Positions 9,723 to 18,725 of a DNA stretch of 64,000 bases are shown one piece after another. The stretch lies in the NCBI GenBank assembly GCA_963737065.1, contig CAVTRC010000001.1:1344001-1408000 (forward strand). The letters run 5' to 3'. The position numbers and the translations under genes are program-made. Below the pieces are notes generated by a model that made no database searches, was not told the origin of the DNA, and worked only from the letters and a program-made list of their open reading frames with translations. Within the stretch, counting starts at the first letter, position 1, and every line of letters starts with the position of its first letter. This DNA comes from Candidatus Eremiobacteria bacterium (GTDB taxonomy: Bacteria; Vulcanimicrobiota; Vulcanimicrobiia; Vulcanimicrobiales; Vulcanimicrobiaceae).

Positions 9723-10361
9723 CTACGCGAGCCCCGTGCGAATTGCGTGAACGGCGGCTTGCGAACGCGTCGTCATGTGAAGCTTCGAGAAGATGTGACT
9801 CACGTGATTTTTTACCGTCTTCTCGGAGAGTGCGAGGCGCTTGCCGATGTCGCGATTCGAAAGCCCCTGGGCGATCAAACGGATAATTTCCATCTCGCGC
9901 GGCGAGAGTTCCGCAACGCCGTCTCTGCGCAAAGATGTGCGGCGGCGGAAGTACGTTGCGGCGACGCGCGGATCCACGTAGCTCGTTCCGCGTGCGACGC
10001 TGTGGATCGCGGTCACTAACTCTTGCAGTGAGGAGTCTTTGACGATGTACGCGTCCGCGCCCGCGGACAGGCAATACTGTAGAAGGTCCGGCTGGGGGTG
10101 CATTGAGAGCGCGCAGACGCGCAACGACGGATTGTGCGACCGGAACATTTCAATCGCTTCGTCGAGATCATCGGCATCGTCGATGTCCACCACGACGACG
10201 TCGGCCGCTTCTTTCGACGCGAGAGCCGCTTCGCGGCTCGCCGAAATGCCGACGACTCTTATCTCCGGGTCTGACGAGAGCGCGTGGGCGACGGCTTTTG
10301 CAAAGAGGAGTTGTTTTTCGACGATGTATACGCGGATCGTCGCCTGAACGACGGTAGCCAA
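9723..10361 (-). CDS. NarL/LuxR family response regulator
   Basis: receiver domain plus LSPREMEIIRLIAQGLSNRDI...SEKTVKNHVSHIFSKL. Confidence 0.93.
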   Translation of the reverse strand: MATVVQATIRVYIVEKQLLFAKAVAHALSSDPEIRVVGISASREAALASKEAADVVVVDIDDADDLDEAIEMFRSHNPSLRVCALSMHPQPDLLQYCLSAGADAYIVKDSSLQELVTAIHSVARGTSYVDPRVAATYFRRRTSLRRDGVAELSPREMEIIRLIAQGLSNRDIGKRLALSEKTVKNHVSHIFSKLHMTTRSQAAVHAIRTGLA

Positions 10362-10674
10362 GAGTTACTCTCCCTCCAAGCTCAATGGAATCCCCGTGTG
10401 ACCCCAACCCCCCGTACGAGCCCTCGCTCGGATTCCATTGGGAAAACCGCGACGTGGATGGAATGCTGAAATACCGAGTAGGTCGTAAGTCCTTCAGCCG
10501 ATCCGCCCACTACGCGGGATGATTGCAAGAGGCACGTGCTTCAACAGCGCGGCCCCCAGGCGATTAACGTACCGAAACAAGTGTGCGGGTTTTAAGAAGA
10601 TGTGGATAAGGCGTGAATAAAACTCAAGCTTTCTGTGATGGTTTCATTATGGTCGGCAGCGAGCTCCATTCATT

Positions 10675-10845
10675 CTCTCGTGTTCGGCGGTGGCACAAGC
10701 TGTTGAGCCTCGGCTACCTGCCCTGTGGGTAAGTGGCCGAAGGTCGCATGGGACGAACGCGCCAGCCCGTGGGAACAACGGAGTCGCGAGCGCTCCGTGA
10801 GAGTCGCTTCCCAGGGACGTCTGAGACGCGCCCCGAACGACGGGC
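10675..10845 (+). ncRNA. structured 5' leader or ncRNA upstream of pnp
   Basis: closing stem CTCGTGTTCGGCGGTG / CGCCCCGAACGACGGG enclosing further hairpins; no credible ORF. Confidence 0.5.
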
Positions 10846-10887
10846 CGTTCATTTAAATAAAGCAAACAGAAGAAACTAGGAGTAACT

Positions 10888-13146
10888 GTGCCCGAATCCG
10901 TGACCATTGAGGTCGGCGGGCGCACGATGGTCATTGAAACCGGCGAACTCGCGAAGCAAGCCAACGGCTCCGCGTTAATCCGCTATGGCGACCAGAACGT
11001 CGTGCTCTGCGCCGTCACTGCCTCCGAGAAACCTCGCGAAGGCATCGACTTTTTCCCTCTCACTTGCGATTTCGAAGAGAAGATGTACGCGGCCGGTAAG
11101 ATTCCGGGCGGCTACATCAAGCGCGAAGGCCGCCCGTCGGAACACGCCGTGCTCAGCTCGCGTCAAATCGATCGCCCCATCCGCCCGCTCTTTCCCGAAG
11201 GCTTCCACAACGACGTACAGATCGTCGCGACGGTCCTTTCGATCGACCCGGAACTCGACGCCGACGTACTCGGTGTCTGCGCCGCGGGCGCCGCGCTCGC
11301 GCTCTCGGACATTCCGTTTGATAAGACGGTTGCGGCCGTCCGCGTCGGCCGGGACGAAAGCGGCACGTACGTCTGTAATCCGACTTTGCCGCAATATGAA
11401 ACGGGCGGCATGGACATCGTCATTGCGGGCACGGCTGATGCCGTGATGATGGTTGAAGGCGGTGGTGAAGAGATTTCCGAGGACGATTTCCTCGGTGCCG
11501 TAGAGTTCGCACACAACGAAATCCGCAAGATCGTCAAAGCGATCGATCAGCTCGCAAAAAAGGCCGGAAAAGACAAACGCGACTATCCGATCAAGAAAGT
11601 CAACGCCGATCTTGATAAGTGGGCTCGCAAAAGCTTCGCAAAAGACGTCGCCAAGGCAATGCGCATCGTCGACAAACAAGCGCGCGAAGAGGCTTTCGAC
11701 AAACTTACCGTCGACGAAGCGATCGCGCGGTGCGGAAAAAGAGACGAACAAATCAAAGAGCTTCTCGAAGATCCGAACTTCGCGAAAGATTTCCGCAAGA
11801 TCATCAAGGCGATGGAAGAGGACGAACTGCGCACGATGGTCGTCGACGAGAAGATCCGTCCGGACGGCCGCAAGCCCGACGAAATTCGACCGATTTGGTG
11901 CAAAGTGCACTACGTGCCGCGCGTGCACGGTTCCGGCGTCTTCACACGCGGACAGACGCAAGTTTTCACCGCGGCGACGCTCGGTTCGACGAGCGACGCG
12001 CAACGTCTCGACGGTATCGTCGACATCGGCGACAAGCGCTACATGCACTACTACAATTTTCCGCCGTTCTCGGTTGGTGAGACGCGTCCGATGCGCGGAC
12101 CCGGGCGCCGCGAAATCGGCCACGGCCACCTCGCGGAGCGTGCGCTCGAGCCCGTGCTGCCGGCAAAGGAAGAATTCCCGTACACGCTCCGTTTGATCAG
12201 CGAAGTGCTGGAATCGAACGGCTCCTCGTCGATGGCGTCGGTTTGCGGCTCATCGCTCGCGTTGATGGATGCAGGCGTGCCGATCAAGGAACACGTCGCC
12301 GGTGTTGCGATGGGGTTGATCCTCAAAGGTAAGGACTACACCGTGCTCACCGACATTCAGGGCCTCGAAGACGCCCTCGGTGAAATGGACTTCAAAGTCG
12401 CGGGCACCAAGGAGGGCATCACCGCGATTCAGATGGACATCAAGGTCCAAGGCATCACAATCGACATCATGCGTGAAGCGATGACACGTGCGAAAGAATC
12501 GCGCTACTTCATCATTGATAAGCTCGCTGAAGCGATTTCGGAGCCGCGCGAGTCGCTCTCGAAGTACGCGCCGCGCATGATCGTCATCAAGATCAATCCC
12601 GACAAAATCAAGGACGTCATCGGGCCCGGCGGCAAGGTCATCAACAAGATCATCCAAGAAACCGGCGTCGAGAAGATCGACATCGAGGATGACGGAAGCG
12701 TCTTCATCACTTCGCTCGACGGCGAGAGTGGTGAGAAGGCCAAGCAAATCGTTGAGAACATCACCAAAGACGTCGTCGTCGGCGAGACGTATCTCGGCAC
12801 GGTGACGCGCACGATCGCAATCGGCGCCTTCGTGCAGATTCTGCCGGGCAAAGAAGGCCTCGTCCATATCTCGCAACTCGCGCCCCAACGCGTCGAGAAA
12901 GTCGAAGACGTAGTCAAGCCGGGTGACGAGGTCATGGTTAAAGTGATGGAGATCGACGGCCAAGGCCGCATAAACCTTTCGCGCAAAGCGCTCCTTGCGC
13001 CGGGAAGTGACGACGGCCACGCGCAACGCGGCAACGGTGCGTTCCGTCCGCGCGAACGTGAAGAATCGGCCGCCGCACCGGGAGGCCCGGGCGCACCGCC
13101 AACGCGGCGTCGCCGCCGGCCACCCGGCCGCCACGACGATAGTTGA
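10888..13146 (+). CDS. pnp: polyribonucleotide nucleotidyltransferase
   Basis: DFFPLT, RQIDRPIRPLF, FTRGQTQ, RREIGHG, SNGSSSMAS, GEMDFKVAG, KH and S1 domains; AGGAG SD. Confidence 0.98.
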   Translation: MPESVTIEVGGRTMVIETGELAKQANGSALIRYGDQNVVLCAVTASEKPREGIDFFPLTCDFEEKMYAAGKIPGGYIKREGRPSEHAVLSSRQIDRPIRPLFPEGFHNDVQIVATVLSIDPELDADVLGVCAAGAALALSDIPFDKTVAAVRVGRDESGTYVCNPTLPQYETGGMDIVIAGTADAVMMVEGGGEEISEDDFLGAVEFAHNEIRKIVKAIDQLAKKAGKDKRDYPIKKVNADLDKWARKSFAKDVAKAMRIVDKQAREEAFDKLTVDEAIARCGKRDEQIKELLEDPNFAKDFRKIIKAMEEDELRTMVVDEKIRPDGRKPDEIRPIWCKVHYVPRVHGSGVFTRGQTQVFTAATLGSTSDAQRLDGIVDIGDKRYMHYYNFPPFSVGETRPMRGPGRREIGHGHLAERALEPVLPAKEEFPYTLRLISEVLESNGSSSMASVCGSSLALMDAGVPIKEHVAGVAMGLILKGKDYTVLTDIQGLEDALGEMDFKVAGTKEGITAIQMDIKVQGITIDIMREAMTRAKESRYFIIDKLAEAISEPRESLSKYAPRMIVIKINPDKIKDVIGPGGKVINKIIQETGVEKIDIEDDGSVFITSLDGESGEKAKQIVENITKDVVVGETYLGTVTRTIAIGAFVQILPGKEGLVHISQLAPQRVEKVEDVVKPGDEVMVKVMEIDGQGRINLSRKALLAPGSDDGHAQRGNGAFRPREREESAAAPGGPGAPPTRRRRRPPGRHDDS

Positions 13147-13676
13147 GTTCTCGAAGGAGCACTCGTGCCTGCAGCGGCTTGCGCTAAGAGCAAGCCGCTT
13201 TCTTTTTACATCACCGGCGGAGGAAGAAACACACTGAGATTCGCAACCGCAGTCGCGGCGCGAGCGGCCGAGAAAACGTCCACCGCCGTGCGATTTCGGG
13301 AATGCAAGCACGCGGAACGCGATAGAATTCGAACAGACTCCACGCACAACGCCGACAGTCCGATCGCAACTCCGAGAACGACGGATCTTGCCGCACTGAG
13401 CGTTCCGGCGATCGGGCCAAAGACTCTGCGTCCACCTCGCACTATCATGATGATGGAGGCGAGCGAGTAAGCAATAGGATCATTAACGCGCGCGATCCCG
13501 GCACAAGCGCTGCAAACAAAACACCAAAAACACTTGCAATAAGCACCGCAAACGGAATACGCCTGGCTGCGAGCCATTCATCATATGTGCGATCCGAACG
13601 AGCACGATCCGTTGTCAATGCGGGCTTCCTCGTGCTCTTATTGCGCTGCTCCAGCTGAGACCGATGTTATCATTGT

Positions 13677-14366
13677 GTGATGCAAACGATTGGGTTGCTT
13701 GGAGGCATGAGCTGGGTTTCGACGCAGCTGTATTACCGCGAAATCAATAAGAAAACCGCAGAAGAACTCGGCGGATCGCATTCGGCGAAGCTTCTGCTCT
13801 ACTCGTTCGATTTCCACGAAGTCGAGAATCTACAAACGCGCGGCGATTGGGGCACGGCCGGCCGCGTACTCGGAGAGGCCGCCCAAAAACTGAACGATGC
13901 GGGCGCCGACTTCATCGTCATCGGCGCGAACACGATGCATCTCGTTGCCGAGGACGTTGAGCGTATCGGCGGTCTTCCCGTGCTGCATATCGGCGATGCG
14001 ACCGCCGAAGCGTTGCGCGAGGTGGGAATCAGATGCGCCGCGTTGCTCGGGACACGCTATACGATGGAAAAGCCGTTCTTGCGAGAGCGCTTGGAGCGCG
14101 ACGGTGTCCGCGTGCTCATTCCGAACGATACGGAACGAGCAAGACTTCACCAGATCATTTACTCCGAGTTGATCAAAGACGCCGTCAACGAAGGGTCGAG
14201 GAAAGAAGTCGTCCGCATCATCGAGCGTCTGAACGCCGCGGGCGCGGAGGGTGCCATTCTGGCGTGCACGGAGCTGGAACTTCTCGTGACGGCCGAGTAC
14301 ACCGACATTCCGCTCTTTCGAACCGCGGCGATTCACGCTCGAGCCGCTGCACTTCGAGCAATATGA
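13677..14366 (+). CDS. aspartate/glutamate racemase family protein
   Basis: IGLLGGMSWVST..YY, ANTMH, LLGTRYTM, ILACTEL. Confidence 0.9.
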   Translation: MMQTIGLLGGMSWVSTQLYYREINKKTAEELGGSHSAKLLLYSFDFHEVENLQTRGDWGTAGRVLGEAAQKLNDAGADFIVIGANTMHLVAEDVERIGGLPVLHIGDATAEALREVGIRCAALLGTRYTMEKPFLRERLERDGVRVLIPNDTERARLHQIIYSELIKDAVNEGSRKEVVRIIERLNAAGAEGAILACTELELLVTAEYTDIPLFRTAAIHARAAALRAI

Positions 14367-14395
14367 CAGCACGTGTCATATTCGGGTGTTAGGCT
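14361..14395 (+). promoter_or_regulatory. palindromic operator plus -10 element upstream of VOC gene
   Basis: ATATGACA-N5-TGTCATAT (14361-14381), TAGGCT at 14390-14395. Confidence 0.6.
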
Positions 14396-14424
14396 TGACG
14401 TAGCTTCAGAAGAGAGGAAACGTC

Positions 14425-14790
14425 ATGAGTACTGCAACGACAACGATTATCAAAGGAATCGATATCACGGGATTCCTGGTGAAAGATCCCGCTAAGGCGA
14501 TCGCATTTTATCGCGACGTTCTGGGTATCCAGCCAACCGAGATCGACGAGGACGGCCGCGGCGCCGAGTTTACGCTTGCCGACGGCACGACGTTCGGCGT
14601 GTGGCGCCCCGAAGACGGTGAAACCGGCGGATTCGTCATGTTCGCCGTTGACGACATAAACGCGGCAATCGAGCAATTACGCGGGCGCGGCGTTCAGCTG
14701 CCCGACCCGATGGAAACACCCGTCTGCCACATGACGTTTGCGCAAGACCCGGAAGGCAACGGTTTCATCATTCATCAGCGCAAGAAGTAA
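14425..14790 (+). CDS. VOC/glyoxalase family protein
   Basis: VKDPAKAIAFYRDVLG, FAVDDI, QDPEGN; GAGG SD. Confidence 0.9.
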   Translation: MSTATTTIIKGIDITGFLVKDPAKAIAFYRDVLGIQPTEIDEDGRGAEFTLADGTTFGVWRPEDGETGGFVMFAVDDINAAIEQLRGRGVQLPDPMETPVCHMTFAQDPEGNGFIIHQRKK

Positions 14791-14804
14791 AGCGCTCAAC
14801 ACAA

Positions 14805-14828
14805 AGGGCTCGCACGAATGCGAGCCCT
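14805..14828. terminator. stable hairpin after VOC gene
   Basis: AGGGCTCGCA-CGAA-TGCGAGCCCT perfect 10-bp stem; no U-tract on plus strand. Confidence 0.5.
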
Positions 14829-14840
14829 AAAGTATTCGGC

Positions 14841-15314
14841 GTGAGCATCACGTTACAACCCGTGGCCGTCGTGCATTCACCGCGCACCGACCGCACCGAC
14901 GACTACTGGGGTTCCGTTGAATCAACGATCGAATTGGACGAGCGCTTTTCGCCCGAAGCGCTGAGCGGCTTGAGTGAATTCTCCCACATCGAAGTCGTCT
15001 TTCTCTTACACGGCGTCGACGAAAGCGAGATCGAAACCAACGCGCGCCGTCCGCGGAACAACCCACGGTGGCCGAAGCTAGGAATATTTGCACAGCGCGG
15101 CGCTCGCCGCCCGAATCGTCTTGGTGTTTCGCGGTGCACGCTCGTGCGCATCGACGGGCGCACCATGTACGTTCGAGGACTTGACGCCAATGATGCATCG
15201 CCGGTGCTCGATATCAAGCCGTACATACGCGAATTCGCTCCGATCGGTGAGATCCGTCAGCCACGCTGGGCGACGGAAGTCATGGAGGCGTACTATCGCG
15301 TTAAGGAAGTTTAA
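14841..15314 (+). CDS. TrmO/TsaA-like SAM-binding methyltransferase
   Basis: GLSEFSHIEVVF, GIFAQRGARRPNRLG, GLDANDASPVLDIKPY. Confidence 0.88.
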   Translation: MSITLQPVAVVHSPRTDRTDDYWGSVESTIELDERFSPEALSGLSEFSHIEVVFLLHGVDESEIETNARRPRNNPRWPKLGIFAQRGARRPNRLGVSRCTLVRIDGRTMYVRGLDANDASPVLDIKPYIREFAPIGEIRQPRWATEVMEAYYRVKEV

Positions 15315-15344
15315 GACCCGGCGCCTTCTCGGTATGTTAGCAAC

Positions 15345-16067
15345 GTGGCAAACCACACCAGGAAGCAGGCGACGCTTTCGATGCGCCTTGGCGCGGAGGT
15401 CGTCGGAACATTTATCCTCACATTCACCGCTGCCGGCGCGGACATCATCGACCAGGTGTATCCACCAGGCATCGGCCACGTCGCGCGCTACGCCGCACCC
15501 GGCATCGCGGTGATGGCAATGATCTGGGCGCTCAGCGGCATATCGGGCGCGCACATCAACCCGGCAATCTCACTCGCATTCTTCTTCCGCCGCGTGTTTT
15601 CTGGTTCGCTCGTGGCGCCTTACATTGCCGCTCAACTCGTCGGCGCAACGATCGCCGCACTCATTCTGCGGGCCATTTTCGCGGGCGATATTTCGCTCGG
15701 AATCACGAAGCCGGTGCAGCCGTTCACCAATCCGCAAGCGTTCGCGATTGAAGTGCTCCTTACCGGAATTCTCGCTTTTACGATTCTCGGCACGGCGGAC
15801 CAGAAGGCGGTCGTCGGTAAAAATGCCGCGCTCGCCGTCGGCGGTATCGTTGCTATGTGCGGGTTCGCGTTCAGTCCGTTGAGCGGTGCGTCGATGAATC
15901 CCGCACGCTCGCTCGGACCGATGATCGCGTCGCTTGATTTTGCGCACGCTTCCATATATATTTTCGCACCGATGATCGGCGCGGCAATTGCTGCCGGTCT
16001 CTGCCGCCTGATCTATGGTGAGCCGAAAGAAGGATCGCGCGAGAGCGCAGAGGGACGAGCCGCATGA
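15345..16067 (+). CDS. MIP family channel (aquaporin)
   Basis: two NPA motifs: SGAHINPAIS and GASMNPARSLGP. Confidence 0.95.
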   Translation: MANHTRKQATLSMRLGAEVVGTFILTFTAAGADIIDQVYPPGIGHVARYAAPGIAVMAMIWALSGISGAHINPAISLAFFFRRVFSGSLVAPYIAAQLVGATIAALILRAIFAGDISLGITKPVQPFTNPQAFAIEVLLTGILAFTILGTADQKAVVGKNAALAVGGIVAMCGFAFSPLSGASMNPARSLGPMIASLDFAHASIYIFAPMIGAAIAAGLCRLIYGEPKEGSRESAEGRAA

Positions 16068-16630
16068 GCAAACAGCCGGTCAACGCAACGCATTATGAAG
16101 CGATTCCGCCGCGCATCAAAAACGGCGCCCAGGAGCCGCGCGTCAATGCGGTGATCGAAACGCCGAAACACAGTCGTCACAAGTACGCGTTGAACAATGA
16201 ATACGGCATTATCGCGTTTCACGAGCTCATGCCCGATTCAATGGAATGGCCGTACGATTACGGTTTCATTCCCCAGACGCTTGCGCCCGACGGCGATCCA
16301 CTCGATATTCTCGTCATCATCGAAAACGCACTGTTCTCAGGTTGTCTGATCGAAGTTCGCTTGATCGGCGCGGTGCTGGAAAGCAAAGACGGCATCGATA
16401 ACCACCGCGTGCTTGGCGTTCCGCTTCCCAGCCCCGGCGCACCGCTCATGACGGACGATGTGCATGAACCGAATCAGCTTCCGCCGACAATGCTTGATGA
16501 AATCCTCAAATTTCTCAAGTCATACTCGGAGCGACAAGGCCACAAGATCGTGCAGAAGGGTGTCGTCGGCGCGGAAGAGGCGATGAAGCTCATCAAATCG
16601 GCGCGAAAAGCCTATAAGAAAGAGCTATAG
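16064..16630 (+). CDS. ppa: inorganic pyrophosphatase (family I)
   Basis: VIETPK.S.HKY, YGFIPQTLAPDGDPLD. Confidence 0.85.
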   Translation: MSKQPVNATHYEAIPPRIKNGAQEPRVNAVIETPKHSRHKYALNNEYGIIAFHELMPDSMEWPYDYGFIPQTLAPDGDPLDILVIIENALFSGCLIEVRLIGAVLESKDGIDNHRVLGVPLPSPGAPLMTDDVHEPNQLPPTMLDEILKFLKSYSERQGHKIVQKGVVGAEEAMKLIKSARKAYKKEL

Positions 16631-16699
16631 GCCTCTAACGAATGCGCACGCCGAGGGCGGTCTGCTGCGCGCCGTATACGCGCGACGACGAGGCAAACC

Positions 16700-16862
16700 A
16701 ATCGACGCGGTCATTGATCCGCGCAACGGCGACGCAGCGGGCACGGGGCTCGGCCTTGCAATCGCGCAATGGGTCGCCCGCGCGCACGAAGGATCGATCG
16801 CGCTCTCCGATCGCACGCCGGGTGCATCCTTCATCGTCGAAATCCCGTTGATGTCCGCGTGA
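16700..16862 (+). pseudogene. C-terminal remnant of a histidine kinase HATPase domain
   Basis: GDAAGTGLGLAIAQWVARAHEGSIALSDRTPGASFIVEIPL*; no in-frame start upstream of the motif. Confidence 0.75.
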
Positions 16863-17314
16863 CCACGTCGATCAGAATCGTTCGTTCCGATGACGAGCGT
16901 CGCGAGCTTACGCGGCTCGTTGCCGAGTACGAATTATCGTTACCACCCGGACTGCGCCACGCCGAGGTTCCTTCGACGGATGGCGCATCGAATGTCGCGC
17001 TCGTCGCGACGGCGGATGGGATCGCTTGCGGCTGCGTATTCGTCGGTCATCACGATGAGGAGACCGCGGTCATTGCGCGCTTGTACGTGCGACCCGCCGC
17101 ACGAGGTCGCGGCGTCGCGCGCACCTTGATGCACCACGCCGCCGATCGCGCACGATCGCGCGGATACCGTCGCATGGTTTTGGATACCGATAAAGAGCAG
17201 CTGCACGCGGCGTACCAACTCTACCGCTCGCTGGGGTTTACGGAGTGCGTACCGTATGGTCCGGTGACATACGGAAATCCCACGTATATGGAACTGCTGC
17301 TCGCGTCGTCCTAA
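16859..17314 (+). CDS. GNAT family acetyltransferase
   Basis: RLYVRPAARGRGVA motif A, LYRSLGF; GTG start overlaps remnant stop (GTGA). Confidence 0.88.
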   Translation: MTTSIRIVRSDDERRELTRLVAEYELSLPPGLRHAEVPSTDGASNVALVATADGIACGCVFVGHHDEETAVIARLYVRPAARGRGVARTLMHHAADRARSRGYRRMVLDTDKEQLHAAYQLYRSLGFTECVPYGPVTYGNPTYMELLLASS

Positions 17315-17374
17315 CGGATACGCGTCACGCCGGCTTACGCGTCTCTATTGACCCTATATGTTGCAATCATCGTG

Positions 17375-17971
17375 ATGATCGACTCCGCTCTGGTCCTCGA
17401 TGGTACGCGTGTTCGCCTGGAGCCGATTGCGCGCCGGCACCTCGGCCATCTACGCGAGAACTGTGCGGATCGCGCCCTGTGGGAATTCGTGTACGGCCGA
17501 AATCCGTTTCTGAGCGATCGCGACACGGAAGAATGGTTTGCCGATGCAACGAAAGGCGATGACCGTCTCGCATTTGCAGTCGTCGATAAGACGACCGGGG
17601 AAGCGATCGGGTCCACGCGATTCGCCGACATTCAACCGCAGCATCGAAAACTCGAAATCGGGTGGACGTTCATCGCCCAACGCTATTGGCGTACGTACGC
17701 GAACACCGAAAGCAAATTTCTCCTCTTACGGTATGCGTTCGAGCGCTGGCACGCGCAGCGCGTGCAATTGAAAGCCGAAGCAATCAACACGCGGTCACGC
17801 AACGCGATCTTGCGCATCGGCGCGACCTACGAAGGCACGCTACGATCGTTCAGGATCAAGGCGGACACCGGCGAAATCCGCGATACTTCGTTCTACAGCA
17901 TCATTGCGCAGGAGTGGCCCGCGGTAAAAGAACGGCTAAGCGCACTTCTTCACGTCGTTCCGCTGGGATAA
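17375..17971 (+). CDS. GNAT family protein (RimJ/RimL-like)
   Basis: IGSTRF, LEIGWT, NTESKFLLL.YAFE, SRNAILRIGATYEG. Confidence 0.9.
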   Translation: MIDSALVLDGTRVRLEPIARRHLGHLRENCADRALWEFVYGRNPFLSDRDTEEWFADATKGDDRLAFAVVDKTTGEAIGSTRFADIQPQHRKLEIGWTFIAQRYWRTYANTESKFLLLRYAFERWHAQRVQLKAEAINTRSRNAILRIGATYEGTLRSFRIKADTGEIRDTSFYSIIAQEWPAVKERLSALLHVVPLG

Positions 17972-18243
17972 AACCCGCGATAGCCGCGGACGGGTACGAT
18001 CTGATACTCGACCATGTTGCGATGAAAGAGCGGCAACGTCATTAGCGAGGCGAGCGCGTGTTCGCGCGAATCGGCTTCGAGCAACAAACATGCGCCGAGG
18101 ACGTCGTTGCGGCTCCAGGCGATGCGTATAATGCCCTGCTCGTATAAGCCGCGCACGCCCTCGGCTTCATCGTCGAGAAGCACGTCGAACGCTTCTTTGG
18201 GAAACGATTCCGTCAAGCGCCGAACCACTGCGATGAATTGCAT
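17950..18243 (-). CDS. muconolactone isomerase-like small protein
   Basis: EAEGVRGLYEQG.IR..W...LLLEADS...LMTLPL pattern. Confidence 0.65.
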   Translation of the reverse strand: MQFIAVVRRLTESFPKEAFDVLLDDEAEGVRGLYEQGIIRIAWSRNDVLGACLLLEADSREHALASLMTLPLFHRNMVEYQIVPVRGYRGFYPSGTT

Positions 18244-18687
18244 CTACGTCTTCGGTCCGAAGATGCGTCGATCGTCTGCTTCGAGGACGTCGAGAATATA
18301 TTCAAGCTGAGGGTTTGCGCCGAGCACGTCAGCATATACGTCGCGGAAATGCGCTTCATCCTCGGCGTGTTTCGGACGGATATGGCGCAGGGTTTGATTG
18401 ATCGCGGGATACTGCGACGCATCGGTGTTTGCGCGTAGCCACGTCGCAACTTCCGTCTCATCCTTCGCGGACGCGACGACGTGGAACAGCGCTTCTTCGG
18501 TAATGCCGAGACGGTGGAACAAGTAGTCCGACATGCCGCGAATTTTGCCATTGATGAAATACGCGCCCGGATTACCGCCGGGCAAACGGCCGCGCAGCTT
18601 ATCGATCGTTCTCGGCATGAACATCAAGCCGTCGAGTTCTTCGTAGCACGAACGCGGCGGACGCACCGATAAATCCAACGGGCCCAT
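18244..18687 (-). CDS. DUF5069-like protein
   Basis: DLSVRPPRS..E.L.G...MPRTIDK.R. Confidence 0.7.
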   Translation of the reverse strand: MGPLDLSVRPPRSCYEELDGLMFMPRTIDKLRGRLPGGNPGAYFINGKIRGMSDYLFHRLGITEEALFHVVASAKDETEVATWLRANTDASQYPAINQTLRHIRPKHAEDEAHFRDVYADVLGANPQLEYILDVLEADDRRIFGPKT

Positions 18688-18725
18688 GCGGGGTTACTAC
18701 GGCGGTGCCACCGAATGGCCTCGTC

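Noticed and set aside
13150..13620. 123-aa Cys-rich ORF (13206-13577) or decayed membrane-protein gene
   Set aside because: No recognisable family; hydrophobic fragments in two frames hint at a pseudogene but support is too weak
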